DNA of 64,000 nucleotides from Eledone cirrhosa (Eukaryota). The stretch covers positions 39,184,001 to 39,248,000 of the forward strand of contig OZ024745.1 of NCBI GenBank assembly GCA_964016885.1, read 5' to 3'. The notes beneath the pieces were generated by a model. It saw only the letters and a program-made list of their open reading frames with translations. It made no database searches and was not told where the DNA came from. The translations under genes were made by a program, and so were the position numbers. This document shows, piece by piece, positions 39,501-53,354 of the stretch; position 1 is the stretch's first letter; every line of letters starts with the position of its first letter.

Positions 39501-42413
39501 AATACATAGACAAGGAGACGGATACTCGAAGCTGAACGTGTCATTGCCGGCACGTAAAGCTTACAGTGAACGGATAAGTAGACTAGTCAAGCAACAGTTA
39601 ACGGGAGCCATCGTCAGCAATAACTCGTGGTACTCTCGCAAGAAAGCAATTAGAATAGAATCGATAGGCTTTAGCAGAGAGTTAGCCTTAGAGAAAAACA
39701 AAATAGAAAGAGAACTAGTAGCCAAAGTAGAGGAGACACTTAGAACTGGCAACACGGCTAGAGTGTTAGTGTCGAGAACGGCACTGGACCAGAACTTGGA
39801 TGCAAAACACGAAGGCTGCGTGGTCAGAAGCAAAACACGTGCTCTAGGAAACGAAGGAGTGAAAGCTGTCAGTTGGGCCCGAGTGGCGGAGGCGAAAAGT
39901 GGCAATAAGTCCACGATTCGGTCTTTGAAAGACCAAAATGGACGCGTGCTACTTGACCCCAAGCAAATGTGCGCGGCCTTTCAGCAGCACTTTGTGCGAC
40001 TGTTTGAGCAGAACGACTGTGAGCCGAACGGGGAAATGTACTTTAGTTCATGCCTCGACGGCCTTCCGCGTCTCTCGAACACGGACGCCGACTTCTGCGA
40101 AAGACCGACCACAGACACTGAAATACGGGACGCTCTGGGTCGCTGCGGGAAACGCAAGTCACCCGGTCTAGATGGTCTACCCTATGAGTTTTACAAAGGC
40201 ATGCCGGACTTGTTCTCTGGCGTCATTGAAGCCGTCTACTGCAATTGGCAGTAGAACGGGAGAATTCCCAGTTCTGCAGCCATATGCGTAGTAACGCTGA
40301 TCAGGAAAGACGAGAGCAACAGGGACGAAATTAACAACTCCAGGCCCATACCTCTGCTCAACACAGAGTTAAAGATTTTGGCCAAGGTGCTAGCGACGAG
40401 GTTGCGCTTGTAGTCGAAAATCTGGTAGGGAAGCGCAACATGTGCAATCCTGACCATGCCCATACACGACAACCTCCACCTCATGCGATACATCATAGAG
40501 AGGGTGGGTAGTAAACCCGGCTTCGGTGGGGCTGTGATCAACCTGGATCAGTCAAAGGCATTCGATAGGGTCGACCATCGATACATGGAAGCAGTTCTCA
40601 AGGCGGCCGGTTTCGGTCCCGTTTTCAGAGGCTGGATCGAGGTGATGCATACTAGCATCTGCTCAAGTGTCGAGGTGAACGGCTACCTATCGGAGCCGTT
40701 CGCAATCACGCGTTCCATTCGATAGGTGTGTCCTCTCTCCTCCATTCTGTATGTATTGACTCTAGAGCCACTACTGCGGAAATTGGAGCTGTTGCAGGGC
40801 ATCCCTCTAGAACCGGGACTGCGCAAAGCGGCGTCGGCTCATGCCGACGTTTTGACGGTAATGGTGTCGAGCACCTAGGATATTGGGGTGATCGGCAAGT
40901 TACTGAAATAATACGAAGCGCTGACGGGAGCAAAACTAAACCCGGACAAGTCTGTCGGTTTGCCACTCGGTACGTGCAGAGGCAAACCGATGATGTCCGA
41001 CAACGTCGTTGGACGCTGGACGGACGGACCGGTGAAATTGCTCGGGGTCTGGTTCGGTTCAAACCTCCAGGTGGAGAAAAACTGGAACTAGGTCACGGCT
41101 ATGAGTGCAAACTTTCCTTGAAAGGTCGAGCGGAGGTGGCGAACACGTTCATAGCGCCCGTCATCTACTACCGCTTGACTGTCGTGCCTTGTCCCCGTGA
41201 ACTCCTCACCAAGATTGAAAGCATGCTTTTCCAGTTTCTCTGGAAGAAGCAGGCTCCGCTGGTGAGGAGATCGGTCTGCTGTTAGCACCCTTCCAGCGGA
41301 GGGCTGGGAAGGCCGTGGCTGATGATGCGCAAACATGTGCTGAGGCTGCGGCATCTCCTGTTATACCTCACCGTCCCCCAACCGGTGTAGGCACCGTTTG
41401 TGAGACAGGCTTTCACACAGCTCGTTTCGCTGACGGAGCTGCAGTCCTGGGTCAAGAACAGACCGAAAACGATGGGCGCCTGGCACATTGAATGCGCTCA
41501 GGCGCTCACAGTCCTCTGGCAAGCGGGAGATTCCACTTCGTCATTCTATAGAGGAAGTGTACATTACAAGGGCGAGGACGTGCTCGGAGAGACTCTGGGC
41601 GTCGAAGACGATGAGCTCACCAGTCTGTTTGGTAGGACCTTCCGCCTGGGACATATGGACAACTTCCAGATGTCCCTGGCCTGGCATTGCTACCGAGGAG
41701 CTCTACCGTTTCGTAACAAGATCTACAGGCACGGACGCCCCGGCAGGGATCCTTCCAAGAGGACGTGTCCAAGATGCGCGCAGGAGATTGAAACAGTCCT
41801 GCACGCAATTGTACAATGCCCGGGCGTAACCGACCTGTGGAACTATGCAGAACAACTGCTGTCGTGTATGGGACAAATCCAGTTGACTGCCTATTCCACA
41901 GTAAGGTTCAAACAGCCAGCCTCTTTCAAAAACGAAAGTGAGGCGGTTTTCCTCTGTACGGTGGCTATGGGGAAAGAAGTTATATGGTAGACGAGATTGA
42001 GAGAACTGAGGACATATGCCTTTCTCTCCGGACAACAATTGATTCCCTTCTTTAAGTATCACTTTAGATGGAGAATCAGAGTTGAGAGAGGGGCACTGCA
42101 CCCCAGTAAATTTACTAAAAGGTGGGTGAATGAAGCGAAAATGGCCCGAGTGATTGGGCCTTCTCTGTGTATAAACCTGTAGATTGAAGAAGAGAACAAA
42201 AGCAAGAAAGGAGCACTTGCACAACACGCTCCTGGAGGGAAGTTTGTTCTATCGACGGGGTAATAAACAACCCATTTGTGGCCCTTCCCACTATTGGGGA
42301 TATCAATTTTTGCAATTGTTTGTTTTTATATTTTTTACACGACTGTATGTAAAATCCCCGGCATGTCTTTGTATTGTCCCCTTTTCTTGTGCGCCCTTGT
42401 GGCAAATAAAGAA
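36540..42413 (+). mobile_element. L1/Tx1-clade element, copy 2 (full-length, divergent subfamily)
   Basis: 5' end ctgatgcatggaatatcgccggtaag is homologous to the copy 1 start. ORF1 has CFRCGSTAHIKAS. 3' end gcccttgtggcaAATAAAGAAA(TCTA)n. Confidence 0.92.
38780..42182 (+). pseudogene. ORF2 (APE-RT-CCHC) of copy 2
   Basis: MASLRVGSVSVRGLG, VGDWNGIL, KSPGLDGLPYEFY, LDQSKAFDRVDH, CPRCAQEIETVLHAIVQC. Disrupted. Confidence 0.92.
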
Positions 42414-42445
42414 ATCTATCTATCTATCTATCTATAACGTATAGA

Positions 42446-45400
42446 TGTGATGGTTATTTGCGAGGCCCAGATCAGCAACGTGCGACAGCTGGCCCCCACC
42501 TTTGATGACTTTGAGATGCACGCAACTCTCTGTCAGCCCGGGGGTGGAGGTGGGGTTGTCGTTCTGCTGCAAAACCATCTGGGTCTCGCAACACAGACGG
42601 TACATTTGCACCGGGATGGTCGACTAGTGGTGCTGGACCTTGGCAGTGGTGAAGGCGGAGCGTTTAGTTTGGTAGCCGTCTACGGCCCTTTCGGGTCAAT
42701 GCGGCCGGACTTCTTCCATCGTCTGGAGACTTTTCTAGGGACGTCCCGCACCTTGCTATTAGTGGGGGACTGGAATGGTATCCTAGATGCCCGCTGAGAA
42801 TACGTAGGGGCCTGTCCCGATAGAGAGGGTGTAATAGCCTCAAAGGGTTAATCGGTCGATTTGACCTGGCCGATACATATCGACTAGATTTTCCGACTGC
42901 GCCAACCTGGAGTTGGGCAAACCGCAGTGGATCATCTAGATCGTACCTAGATAGGTTCTTAGTTAGAAATAAGGATAATGACTTTTTAAGCTGTCCAAAA
43001 ATGCGCATGGTTGGCTATTCAGACCAAAGGTTAGTAACCTGCATGGTCAACCTTGACATAACGCATAGGCAGGGACCCGGTTAATGGAAGCTCAACTTGT
43101 CTTCTACCGGCAAGAAAGGCTTACAGGGACCGGATTAGCACTTTAGTTAAGGAGCTGTTGACGGGCGCCATCCTCAAAACCAGGTGGTGGGATCTCTCAA
43201 AAGAGAGATTAGAGTAGTCTCTATATAATTTAGTAAGGAGTTAGCCTCAAATAGAAATAGGAAGGAAAGGAAGTTGGTACATAGTGTAGACGAGGCAATT
43301 AGAAGCGGCGACGTGGCCAGAGTGCTAGCGGCGAGAGAACGGCTCTGGGCCAGTTCTTCGACGCGAAACACGAAGGCTACATCGTCCGAAGCAAAATACG
43401 TGCTCTGGGAAACGAGGGGACAAAGCTGTTAGCTGGGCCCGTGTGACAGAAGCCAAAAGAGGGAGTATATCCACTATCCGGTCTTTGCGAGACCAGGATG
43501 GACGGGTGATCCTTGAGCCTAAGCAGATGTGCCAGGCTTTTCAAAAGCACTTTGTCAGATTGTACGGAAGGGGCGGGGAGCCGGTTGGAGATTAGGACTT
43601 CGGTCCATACCTCGACGGCCTGCCGCGTCTCTCGGACAGGGAGGCGAAGTCCTGCGAGGAGCCGATTTCAGCCGCTGAGATAGAGAACATGCTGATCCAA
43701 TGCGGCAAATGCAAATCCCCGGGTCTCGATGATATTCCATACGAATTATATCTAGCTATGCCGGACTTGTTCCCCGATCTCCTCGAGGCGGTCTACTGCA
43801 ATTGGCAACAGAACGGGAGAATTCCCTATTCTGTGACCAAGGGCGTAGTCAGGCTAGTGAGGAAGGACGAGAATAAGGGGGACGTTTAAATAATTTCAGG
43901 CCCATAACCCTGCTAAATACAGAGTTACAGATTTTGGCCAAGGTGCTAGCAAAGAGGTTGGGGCTTGTCGTGGGCAACCTGGTGGGAGATGCGCAGACAT
44001 GTGCTATCCCGTCCAGGTCTATCCACGACAACCTCCACCTCATGCGATACATCATAGAGAGGGTTGGGAACGAACACGGCTTTGGTAGGGCCCTTATCAA
44101 CTTGGATCAATCTAAGGCGTTCGATAGGGTCGACCATGGTTACCTGGATGCGGTGCTAGCGGCGGCAGGCTTCGGACCCCTTTTCAGGGGCTGGATCAAG
44201 GCCATGCAGAGCAGCCGCATTTTCTCTAGGGTCAAGGTGAACGGCTACCTCTCGGAGCCGTTCGAAATAGCGCGGTCCATCCGACAAGGGTGCCCTCTCT
44301 CCTCCCTTCTGTATGTAATGACTCTAGAGCCACTGCTGCGGAAGTTGGAGTTTTTGCAGGGCATCCCGTTGGAACAGCGATTGCGGAAAGCGGTGTCGGC
44401 CTACGCCGATGACGTAACAGTAATGGTGTCGACGGCCTCGGAGATCTGGGCAATCGGCACCTTACTGGAGGAGAACGAAAGGTTTACAGAGGCTAAGCTG
44501 AACGGGGACAAGTCGATCGGTCTGCAACTCGGCACGTGGAGGGGCAGATCGATGCCCTCCGATGGCGACGTCGGGCGCTGGACGGAGGGCCCGGTGAAGT
44601 TGCTCGGAGTCTGGTTCGGACCAGACCTCCAGGTGGAGAAGAACTGGGGTGAGCTAACGAACAGGGTGTTTGCACTGACCCAGAAGTGGGCCGAGTGCAA
44701 ACTGTCCCTGAAAGGAGGGCGGAGGTGGCGAACACTTATATAACGTCCGTCATCTACTACCGCCTGACCATTGTGCCTTGCCCAGAGAAACGCTCACCAA
44801 AAAGGAGCGCGCACTCTTCAAATTCCTTTGGGAGTAGCGGGCTCCTATGGTGAGGAGATCCATCTGCTGTCAACACCCTTCGAAAGGAGGGCTGGGAATG
44901 CCCTGGCTAATGATACGTAAACACGCATTAAGGCTACGGTATCTTCAGGTATTCCTCACCGGTCAACCGGTGTGGGTCCCATTTGTGAGGCGAGCCTTTC
45001 CCAGACTCGTCTCACTCACCGAGCTGCAATCCTGGGTCAAGCCAAGACCGAGAAAACTGGGCGCCTGGCACACCGAGTGTGCCCAGGCGCTCACGGCCCT
45101 CTGGCTGGCGGAGCCGGCTGTCAGTGGAGATTCCACCTCGTCATTCTATAGAGGGCTGGTAGTTAGCAGGTGCCACGACGCACTCGGAGAAGACCTAGGC
45201 ACAGAGGAAGACGAACTGGCCAACCTGTTCGGTAGGACAATCATCCCGGGACCCATGGATAACTTACAGAGGTCGCTGGTCTGGCAGTGCTACCGAGGGG
45301 CTCTACCCGTTCGAGAAAGGCTCTACAGACACGGGCGCCCGGGTAGGGACACCTCGAAAAAGATCTGTACCACAGTCGTGTGCGACGAGGAAACAGTTGC

Positions 45401-46008
45401 ATACGCATTGGTACACTGCTCGGGCATTGCTGATCTGTGGGGCTATGTCGAACAACTGATATCAAGTGTTGGACCGATCCGGTTGACCACCGAGTCTATT
45501 GTAACGATCAAGCCGCCTCTCTTATCCCAAAACGAAGGAGAGCCGGTGTTTCTGTGCGTAATAGCCATGGCAAAAAATGTTTTATAGTGGACGCGTCTGA
45601 AAGGACTGAGGTCAGACACCTTTCTCTCTGGCCAACTTTCGGAAGAAGGATCAGGTGCTGCACCCCAGCGGTTTTTATGAAAGATGGGTGAAAGTGGCGA
45701 GAATGGCTCGTGTGAATGGGCCTTCACTCTACATCAGACTATAGGTGAGGAAGATGAAAGATCAAGGGAGCACCCCCTCTCTGTGCTCCTGAGGAGAAGG
45801 GTTGCACACTTTTTTTAGGGGGTGTGTGCGACCCCCCAAGCCGCCTCCTCCCTATTAAGGATTTTGTTATTAAATTTATTTTTGTTATATTTTATTTTAT
45901 TTGTATATCTTGTTATTGCCTCCTCCTTATTGAGGGCGCCTTTTTATGTAAACTCCCCCCATTGTACTTGTCCCATTTTTTCATGCCCTGGTGGCAAATA
46001 AAAAGAAA
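42446..46008 (+). mobile_element. L1/Tx1-clade element, copy 3 (5'-truncated within the endonuclease)
   Basis: Starts about 35 codons into ORF2. The RT core is open at 43934-44743 (LDQSKAFDRVDH, SIRQGCPLS, SAYADDV). Ends gccctggtggcaAATAAAAAGAAA followed by degenerate (TCTA)n. Confidence 0.92.
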
Positions 46009-46073
46009 GTTATCTATATCTAGCTATCTATATATCTCTATCTATCCATCTATCTATCTATCTCTCTCTCTAC

Positions 46074-49000
46074 CAGACGTGTGTAACTTCGCAGAGAAGT
46101 TTCTGTAGATGTATGTAAGAAAAACCGTGAGTTTTCACTTAAATTTTATATTGTTGTGTAACTTGATTTATTTCCACCCCTCCCAGGGGCGAAATATTCG
46201 TTTGAAAAATTTTTCTCTATCTACTTTTGCAAAAATATCGTTAAGAAGTTTGATTACGCTATGAACGCTGCGTTTGGCGATAATGGTAATGGAGAGTCGC
46301 TAACACTACACAGGTCGCAGTCAACGTCTTCTTCTCCCCTTTCCTTCTCCATAGATACTATGGAGATGGAAAGAAGAAATAACATTGCAAAAACGTATTT
46401 AATTCCAAACAAAAAAAATAATAATAACACAAATGACACCAAACAGTACAATGACAACAAAAAATAACAACAACACCAATAATGATGATCAAAACAACAA
46501 TGACAACAACAACAGAGAAAAAATAAAGACAACACCAAAAATACCAGCATCAAAGACAAAAACAACACCAACACCAAGGAAAATACGAACAATATCAACA
46601 TCAGTGACAACAAGAACAACAACAACAATAACAACAATAATGACAACACCACCAACACGGACAATTCCACAAAGAAACCAAAATCACCTTTGCACAGACA
46701 GTTCAGAAAAAGGAGTAATTAACATATCTCGACATATCAAATGCCGAACAACTTCTAAAGGACGCTAAGAGATGTGTTACTTTTGAAAAGAATGGTTCTT
46801 TCAGCATCAATTCCCCTGTAGACATTCGTAAAGAAATTGCCCTCAAAATGATAGTTTTTAGGACAGTTACTAATTCTTCCAGAACACCTTTCCAATTGTC
46901 ACAGAAAGAAATTGAATGGTTTTCAAAAAATCAATGAATGATATTTCATTTATTCAAAGAGGCAAACTCTTTGAGAGTATTTCGGAACTCATGAAGGATC
47001 AATTGACGGCACAAAATTACATCAATTGACGGCCCAATTGTATCCAACCTGTATACCTTTTTCCCCACATACATGGAAAAGATCAGAATCACAAGTGTTA
47101 CACCAAAGGTAAACATGTGGTGGATACTGTGCGGCTTCATCAATTTTGATGAAGACAGAATACTTTCAGTAGGAAAGTCCCCAGAGATGTATTTAATGGG
47201 ACTAGCGTGCAAATGATCCCAGAACGAATAGCTAGGATCCCACAACGTGTACCTCTGGACGGACTCGCCTACATAAACTTTTCGGTTGAGGTTAGGCGGC
47301 CTTCCTGTTACCACTGCTTTAGCAGCGATCACCTGAGAGCTTCCTGTCCTCAATTAATGAGTAAAAAAATACTCTTCTGCCGACACCCATCAAAATAACA
47401 CAACCACCACCACCACTACAACAACAATAACAACAACACCAACACACAACCATAAACACAACAAACAGTCCCACCCAACCACACTCCACCTAAACCCACT
47501 GCAAAATCACATACAGGCACAACAGCTCCCCTAGACATACCCCTCCCTAATCACACAGACGATACAACAGATGAGGTTATCACATCATCACCCAGTGAAG
47601 ACGAGGGAGAACCTCATCGCTAGAAAAGAAAGAAAGGCACCACAAAAACAAAAAAAAAACAGCAAACACTACCACAAACATACAACAACCATCACAAACA
47701 ACAAAAAACATCACAAACAAAACCCCCACCTCCTGAAAACAAAATGCCTACAACAAAACGAAAGCAACACAAGAACTACAGACAAAAACAAACACAGCAC
47801 AAGAAAATTACACTTACACATACATAAACACTGAAAACAAAACACCAACGGGGACCATCACGAACAACCCTTCCGTGACAACTGAAGGGAAAACTTTCGC
47901 AAACTCTAATAAAAAGAATTAGAGTCGCTATATAAACTTATAGGTCCCTAAAAGAAACATTTGAAAAAGGCCGTGGGGAACTCCTGCGTGAAACCACTTA
48001 ACCGCGTCCTTCTCAAATGTCTCTCCACCCCAGACATCCCCATCCCACCAGTCACACCCTCCGCACCAAACATCTCCGTCCCCACCACGCCGGAAACCAC
48101 CACCCACACAGAAACCCTCCAACACCCCGATGGAACTTGAGCGACCCGCTCTCTAGGAAACGAAAAGGTGAGTGAACTCTTCCTTTTCTTTTCCAAGTCT
48201 TCCTCACCGACATCGCGAATGTAAGAGTCGGTTGTGTAAATGTGCGCGGCCTGGAGATAGGAGAAAACTCTTAAACGACTTCAGGTCGCACAGTATGGAT
48301 GCAATTGCCATCTGCGTGTCCAGGATCCACAGCGAGCGACAGCTGGCTCCCATCTTCGATGACTATGAGATCTACGCATCTCTATGTCAGCCTGGAGGTG
48401 GGGGAGGGGTTGCCGATTTGGTGAGGAAACAACTGGGCCTCGTAACACAGACGGTACATCTGGACCCGGAGGATCGACTGGTGGTCCTAGACGTTGACGG
48501 TAGTGAAAGTGGAGCCTTCAGGCTGGTGGCCGCATATGCCCCATCCGGGACTCCGCGGCCAGACTTCTTCAAACGTCTAGAGACGTTTCTGGGAACGTCC
48601 CGCTCCTTGCTTTTAGTGGGGTACAGGAATGGAATCCTAGATAAACGTTTTGATGTGGTAGCATGTCCCGATAAAGGGGGGTGTAACAGCCTCAAACAGT
48701 TAATCGGCCGATGTGACCTGGCCGATAGATATCGACTAGATTTTCCGACTTTGCCACTTTGGACGTGGACTAATCGTCGCGGAACCTCTAGATCGTACCT
48801 CGATAGGTTTCTAGTTAGAAATAAGGATAGCGACATGTGAAGCTGTCCACAAATGTTCATTGCTGCCTATTCAGTTCACAAACTAGTAACCTGCATAATC
48901 AACCTTGATAGAACTCATAGACAGGGACCCGGCTACTGGAAGCTGAACTTGTCATTACCGACATGCAAAGCCTACAGCAGACGGATTAGCACTTTAATTA

Positions 49001-51480
49001 AACAGCACTTAATAGGGGCCATTGTCAATAACAGATGGTGGCATTCTCTCGAGGGGGCAGTTAGATTAGACTCGTTAGTTCTTAGTAAATAATTAGCGTT
49101 AGATCGAAATAGGACCGAGAAGGAACTGGTAGATAAAGTAGAAGGGCAATTAGAAGTGGCAACGTAGCCAGCGTGCTAGCGACGAGAACGGCCTTGGACC
49201 AGTTCTTCGACGCAAAGCACGAGCGCTGCGTTGTCAGAAGCAAAATACGTGCTCTGGGTAACGAGGGAGCCAAAGCTGTTAGCTGGGCCCGAGTGAAGTA
49301 GCGAAAAGTGACCAAGGGCGTAGTCACGCAAGTCAGGAAGGATGAGAATAAGGGGAATGACATAAGAAATTTCCGGGCCATACCTCTGCTAAACACAGAG
49401 TTACAGATTTTGTCCAAGGTCTTGGCAAAGTGGCTGGCGCTTGTCGTCGAAAACCTGGTGGGAAAAGCGGAGACATGCGCAATCCAGACAAGTCCATACA
49501 CGACAAGCTCCACCTCTTGCGATACATCGTAGAGAGGGTAGCGTGCAAACTCGGCTTCAGTGGGGCCCTGATCAACTTGAATCAGTCTAAGGCTTTCGAT
49601 AGGTTTAACCATCGTTACCTGGATGCGGTGTTCAAAGCGGCAGGCTTCAGACCCGTGTTCAGGGGTTGGATTGCTGCAATACACAGCAACAACTTCTGAT
49701 CAAGGGTAACGGTAAACGGCTACTTCTCGGAGCCGTTCCATATCACGCGATCCATCCGACAGGGATGCCCTCTCTGTACCTACTGACACTCGAGCCACTA
49801 CTGCGGAATTTGGAGCTATTGCCTGGTATCCCTCTGGAACCGGGACAGTGGAACGCGGCGTCGGCCTACGCCGACGACGTCACACTAATCGTGTCGAGCA
49901 CCTCGCAAGTCGATGAAGTCGGCAAACTACTGAAGGAATACGAAAAATTCACAGGAGAGAAGCTGAAACGGGACAAGTCCATCGGTTTGCAACTCGGATC
50001 GTGGAGAGGCAATGCGATGCCTTACCATGGCGTCGTCGGACGTTGGACGGTAGAATCGGTGAAGCGGCTCGGGGTCTGATTTGGTGCGGACCTCCAGGTG
50101 GAGAAGAACTGCAACGAGGTGACGGGCAAGGTGTTTGCGGTCACCCAGAAGTGGGCAGAATGCAAACTATCCTTGAAATATGGAGCTGAGGTGGCGAACA
50201 CGTTTATAGCGTCCGTCATCTACTACCGCTTGACCGTCGTGCCTTGTCCACCCAAAACGCTCACCAAAATGGAGCGCGCGCTCTTCCAATTCATTTGAAA
50301 AAAGCGGGCTACTTTGGTGAGAAGATCCTTCTGCTGCCAACACCCTTCCATCGGATGGCTGTGGATGCCGTGGCTGACGATGCGCAAATACGCGCTGAGG
50401 CTGTAGCACCTCCACGTATTCCTCACCAGATAACCGGTGTCGGCCCTGTTTGTGAGGCGAGCTTTCCCCACTCGTCTCGCTGACAGAGCTGCAGTCCTGG
50501 TTCCAGCAAAGACCGAGGAAAATAGGCGACTGGCACATCAAATGTGCTTAGGTGCTCACAGCCCTCTGGCTGGCGGACCCGGCGATCAGTGGAGACTCCA
50601 ATTCGTCAATCTATAGAGGGTTGGGCCGCAGTAAATGCGACGACGCGCTCGGAGAAACTCGAGGCGTAGAGGAAGACGAACTGGTCAATTTGTTCGGTAG
50701 GACCTTCCCCTCGGGACCAATTGACAAATTCAAAAGTCCCTGGCCTGGCAGTGCTACCGAGGAGCTCTACCAGCTCTACAGACCCGGGCGCCCGGGCAGG
50801 AACCCTTCGAAAGAGATCTGTTCGTAATGCGTGCGAGACGAAGAAACCGTCGCGTACGCATTCGTAGACTGCCCGGGCGTTACCGACCTGTGGGCCTATG
50901 TAGAACGACTATTGTCGCGGGTCGGACCAATCCGGTTGAGCACCGAGTCCATTGTCATGATCAAACCGCCACCCTCCTTCAAAAACGATGGAGAGGCGGT
51001 TTTCCTTTGTGTGATAGCTATGGCGAAAGAGGTAGTATGGTAGACGAGGTTAAAATGGCTGAGGTTAGACACCTTTCTCTCAGGCCAACAACTGATTCTT
51101 TTTTTCAAATACGACTTTAGAAGAAGAATCAGGATGGAGAGAGAGGTGCTCTACCCCAGCAAGTTTTATGAAAGGTGGGTGAAAGTTGCGAGAATGGCCC
51201 GAGGGAACGGGCCTTCTCTCTATATCAGCTGTAGGTTGAAGAAAAAGAGGAAGAGAGGAAAAGGGTACTCACTCTTCGTACTACTGGAGATGAGGGTTGC
51301 ACTTTGTTTTTTTTGGGGGGGTGGGGTTATGTGTTACCCATATGCAATGTCTCCCCTTATTGGGAAAATAGATTGATTTTTAAATTGCATTTGTGATAGT
51401 ATTTTACCCATTTTTATTGTATGTAAACTTCCCCCTTTGTATGTTCCCCTTTAAGTGTGCCCCTGTGGCTAATAAAGAAA
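46074..51480 (+). mobile_element. L1/Tx1-clade element, copy 4 (full-length ends, internal deletion, close to copy 1)
   Basis: Same 5' end cagacgtgtgtaacttcgc. ORF1 has CYHCFSSDHLRASCP; ORF2 spans about 48212-51234 with its start mutated to ATC. 3' end cccctgtggctAATAAAGAAA, then catatctctc and (TC)n/(TA)n. Confidence 0.92.
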
Positions 51481-51791
51481 CATATCTCTCTCACTCTCTC
51501 TCTCTCTCTATATATATATATATGATATTCATAAGATCAATTGCTTAGGTAGATATAATAATTTCGTATTAGATTTACTCACTTATTAATATGATGTCGT
51601 TATATCAGATATTTCTCAGATATATGTTCCTCTCGTAACTTTCATTCGCGATTATGTTTGGAAGGGTCAAAACCTACAGAACATTATATTAAGCTGACAG
51701 TATTATTGATTTAGGTGTCATAGAAAGCCTGCATTTCGATTTACCATCAATTTGCAATGGGTCCAGGTAAGTTATATACGTGTATATATAT

Positions 51792-51901
<110 letters not shown>

Positions 51902-52100
51902 TTGATCATTTATTTTGTTTGACCTTGTTTTTTGGCTTAGGTGGTTAATGCCTTCTTGAGCACTTTTTCAGTTTTGTATGGCGTGTTTACATAGATGTTT
52001 AGCTCTGTTTTTTTTTAACTATGGAGCGCTTGCCAGCATAACTGTGATTTTGCGTTTGGTTTCGCATTTTCTACAAGCCGAAATACGATTCTCAATAAAT

Positions 52101-52134
<34 letters not shown>

Positions 52135-52356
52135 AGTTAAAGCAATGAAATAAAAAATCGAGTCATTACAGATATACTTCACTGCTTTACGATCGTCTCT
52201 AGATGGTAATAATACATTATATATATACTCAGTTGTTGGTCCATGTAAGTTTACAAACTATCAGATTGAGAGAATATTTACTAATCACCAGCTGTTTTCA
52301 AAAGCAATAATTGAGTTCTTCATACAGAATAGACCCCACAATTTACAGTGGATACC

Positions 52357-52441
<85 letters not shown>

Positions 52442-52478
52442 ATGTGTGTGTGTGTTCATATTCGCAACAACTCAGCAC

Positions 52479-52532
<54 letters not shown>

Positions 52533-52534
<2 letters not shown>

Positions 52535-53206
52535 CACCAAAAATATCAAAAGTATTACAAATCAGAAGCAATTTTGAATTATCGTGGATTGTGTGATGGA
52601 CATGTAATCTATAAATTGCGTTTCCTAGATTGTGTGAGTGATGGTGGGTGCGAGGACAGTACTGCTGAGTTGCTTCTCATTTGTAATATTTTTGATATTT
52701 TTGGTGTTTCTCTACCAACGGGCTTATATATCGTACAGGTGTGTGTGAAAAATGCTTTAACAATACAGCCCCCATGATTCTATTGATTGCCTGCTTTAAC
52801 TGCTTGTTTTACATGTAACAATCTGCCGCACTATAATCCTGTATAAATAAGACACGCGTGCATGCCACACGTGAAACTGTTTCATACACTGACTACTCTA
52901 AACTTTCCTCTTGCTTTAACTTCATAAACTGCCAATGTTTTATTTTAATTTTAATTTTAACTTTAATTTTGTCCTTTAATATGACTGTAATCTTTATATA
53001 AAAATTGGCATGATATATTATTATGATGGATGTCAACCCAGTGTGGGTCAATATATACATATGTTTTTATATGTCTCTTGTGTTGAAAAGGAGGTCAAGT
53101 ATGTAAAAATCACTAAATAGTTGCTCCGAAGAACCAAACCTTTGTTTGGAGGAAACAATTGTAAGCAAATAAATGATTTAAACTGAACTTTGATTCATGT
53201 AATTTC
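52533..53206 (+). mobile_element. PLE 3' remnant with short inverted duplication and hammerhead
   Basis: 52533-52570 is inverted relative to 52670-52708. A HVIYKLR GIY-YIG-like scrap is present, plus a hammerhead at 53121 and AATAAA. (TA)n lies on both sides. Confidence 0.55.
53121..53168 (+). ncRNA. Hammerhead ribozyme variant (CCGAAGA core)
   Basis: ttgct-CCGAAGA-a-ccaaac-cttt-gtttgg-ag-GAAAC-aattgt-a-agcaa: stem I ttgct/agcaa, 6-bp stem II, palindromic stem III, GUA triplet. Confidence 0.7.
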
Positions 53207-53271
53207 TATATATATATATATAGAGCAGTCTCAACTCCTCTGACTTTTTCAATTTTTAACGGAAACTTCAA

Positions 53272-53337
<66 letters not shown>

Positions 53338-53354
53338 AAGTACCAGAGCTAAAT

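Noticed and set aside
30617-51480. Bacterial RT systems (retron, DGR, group II intron) suggested by the YADD RT
   Set aside because: The APE endonuclease, ORF1 zinc knuckle, CCHC domain and poly(A) signal identify L1/Tx1 non-LTR elements.
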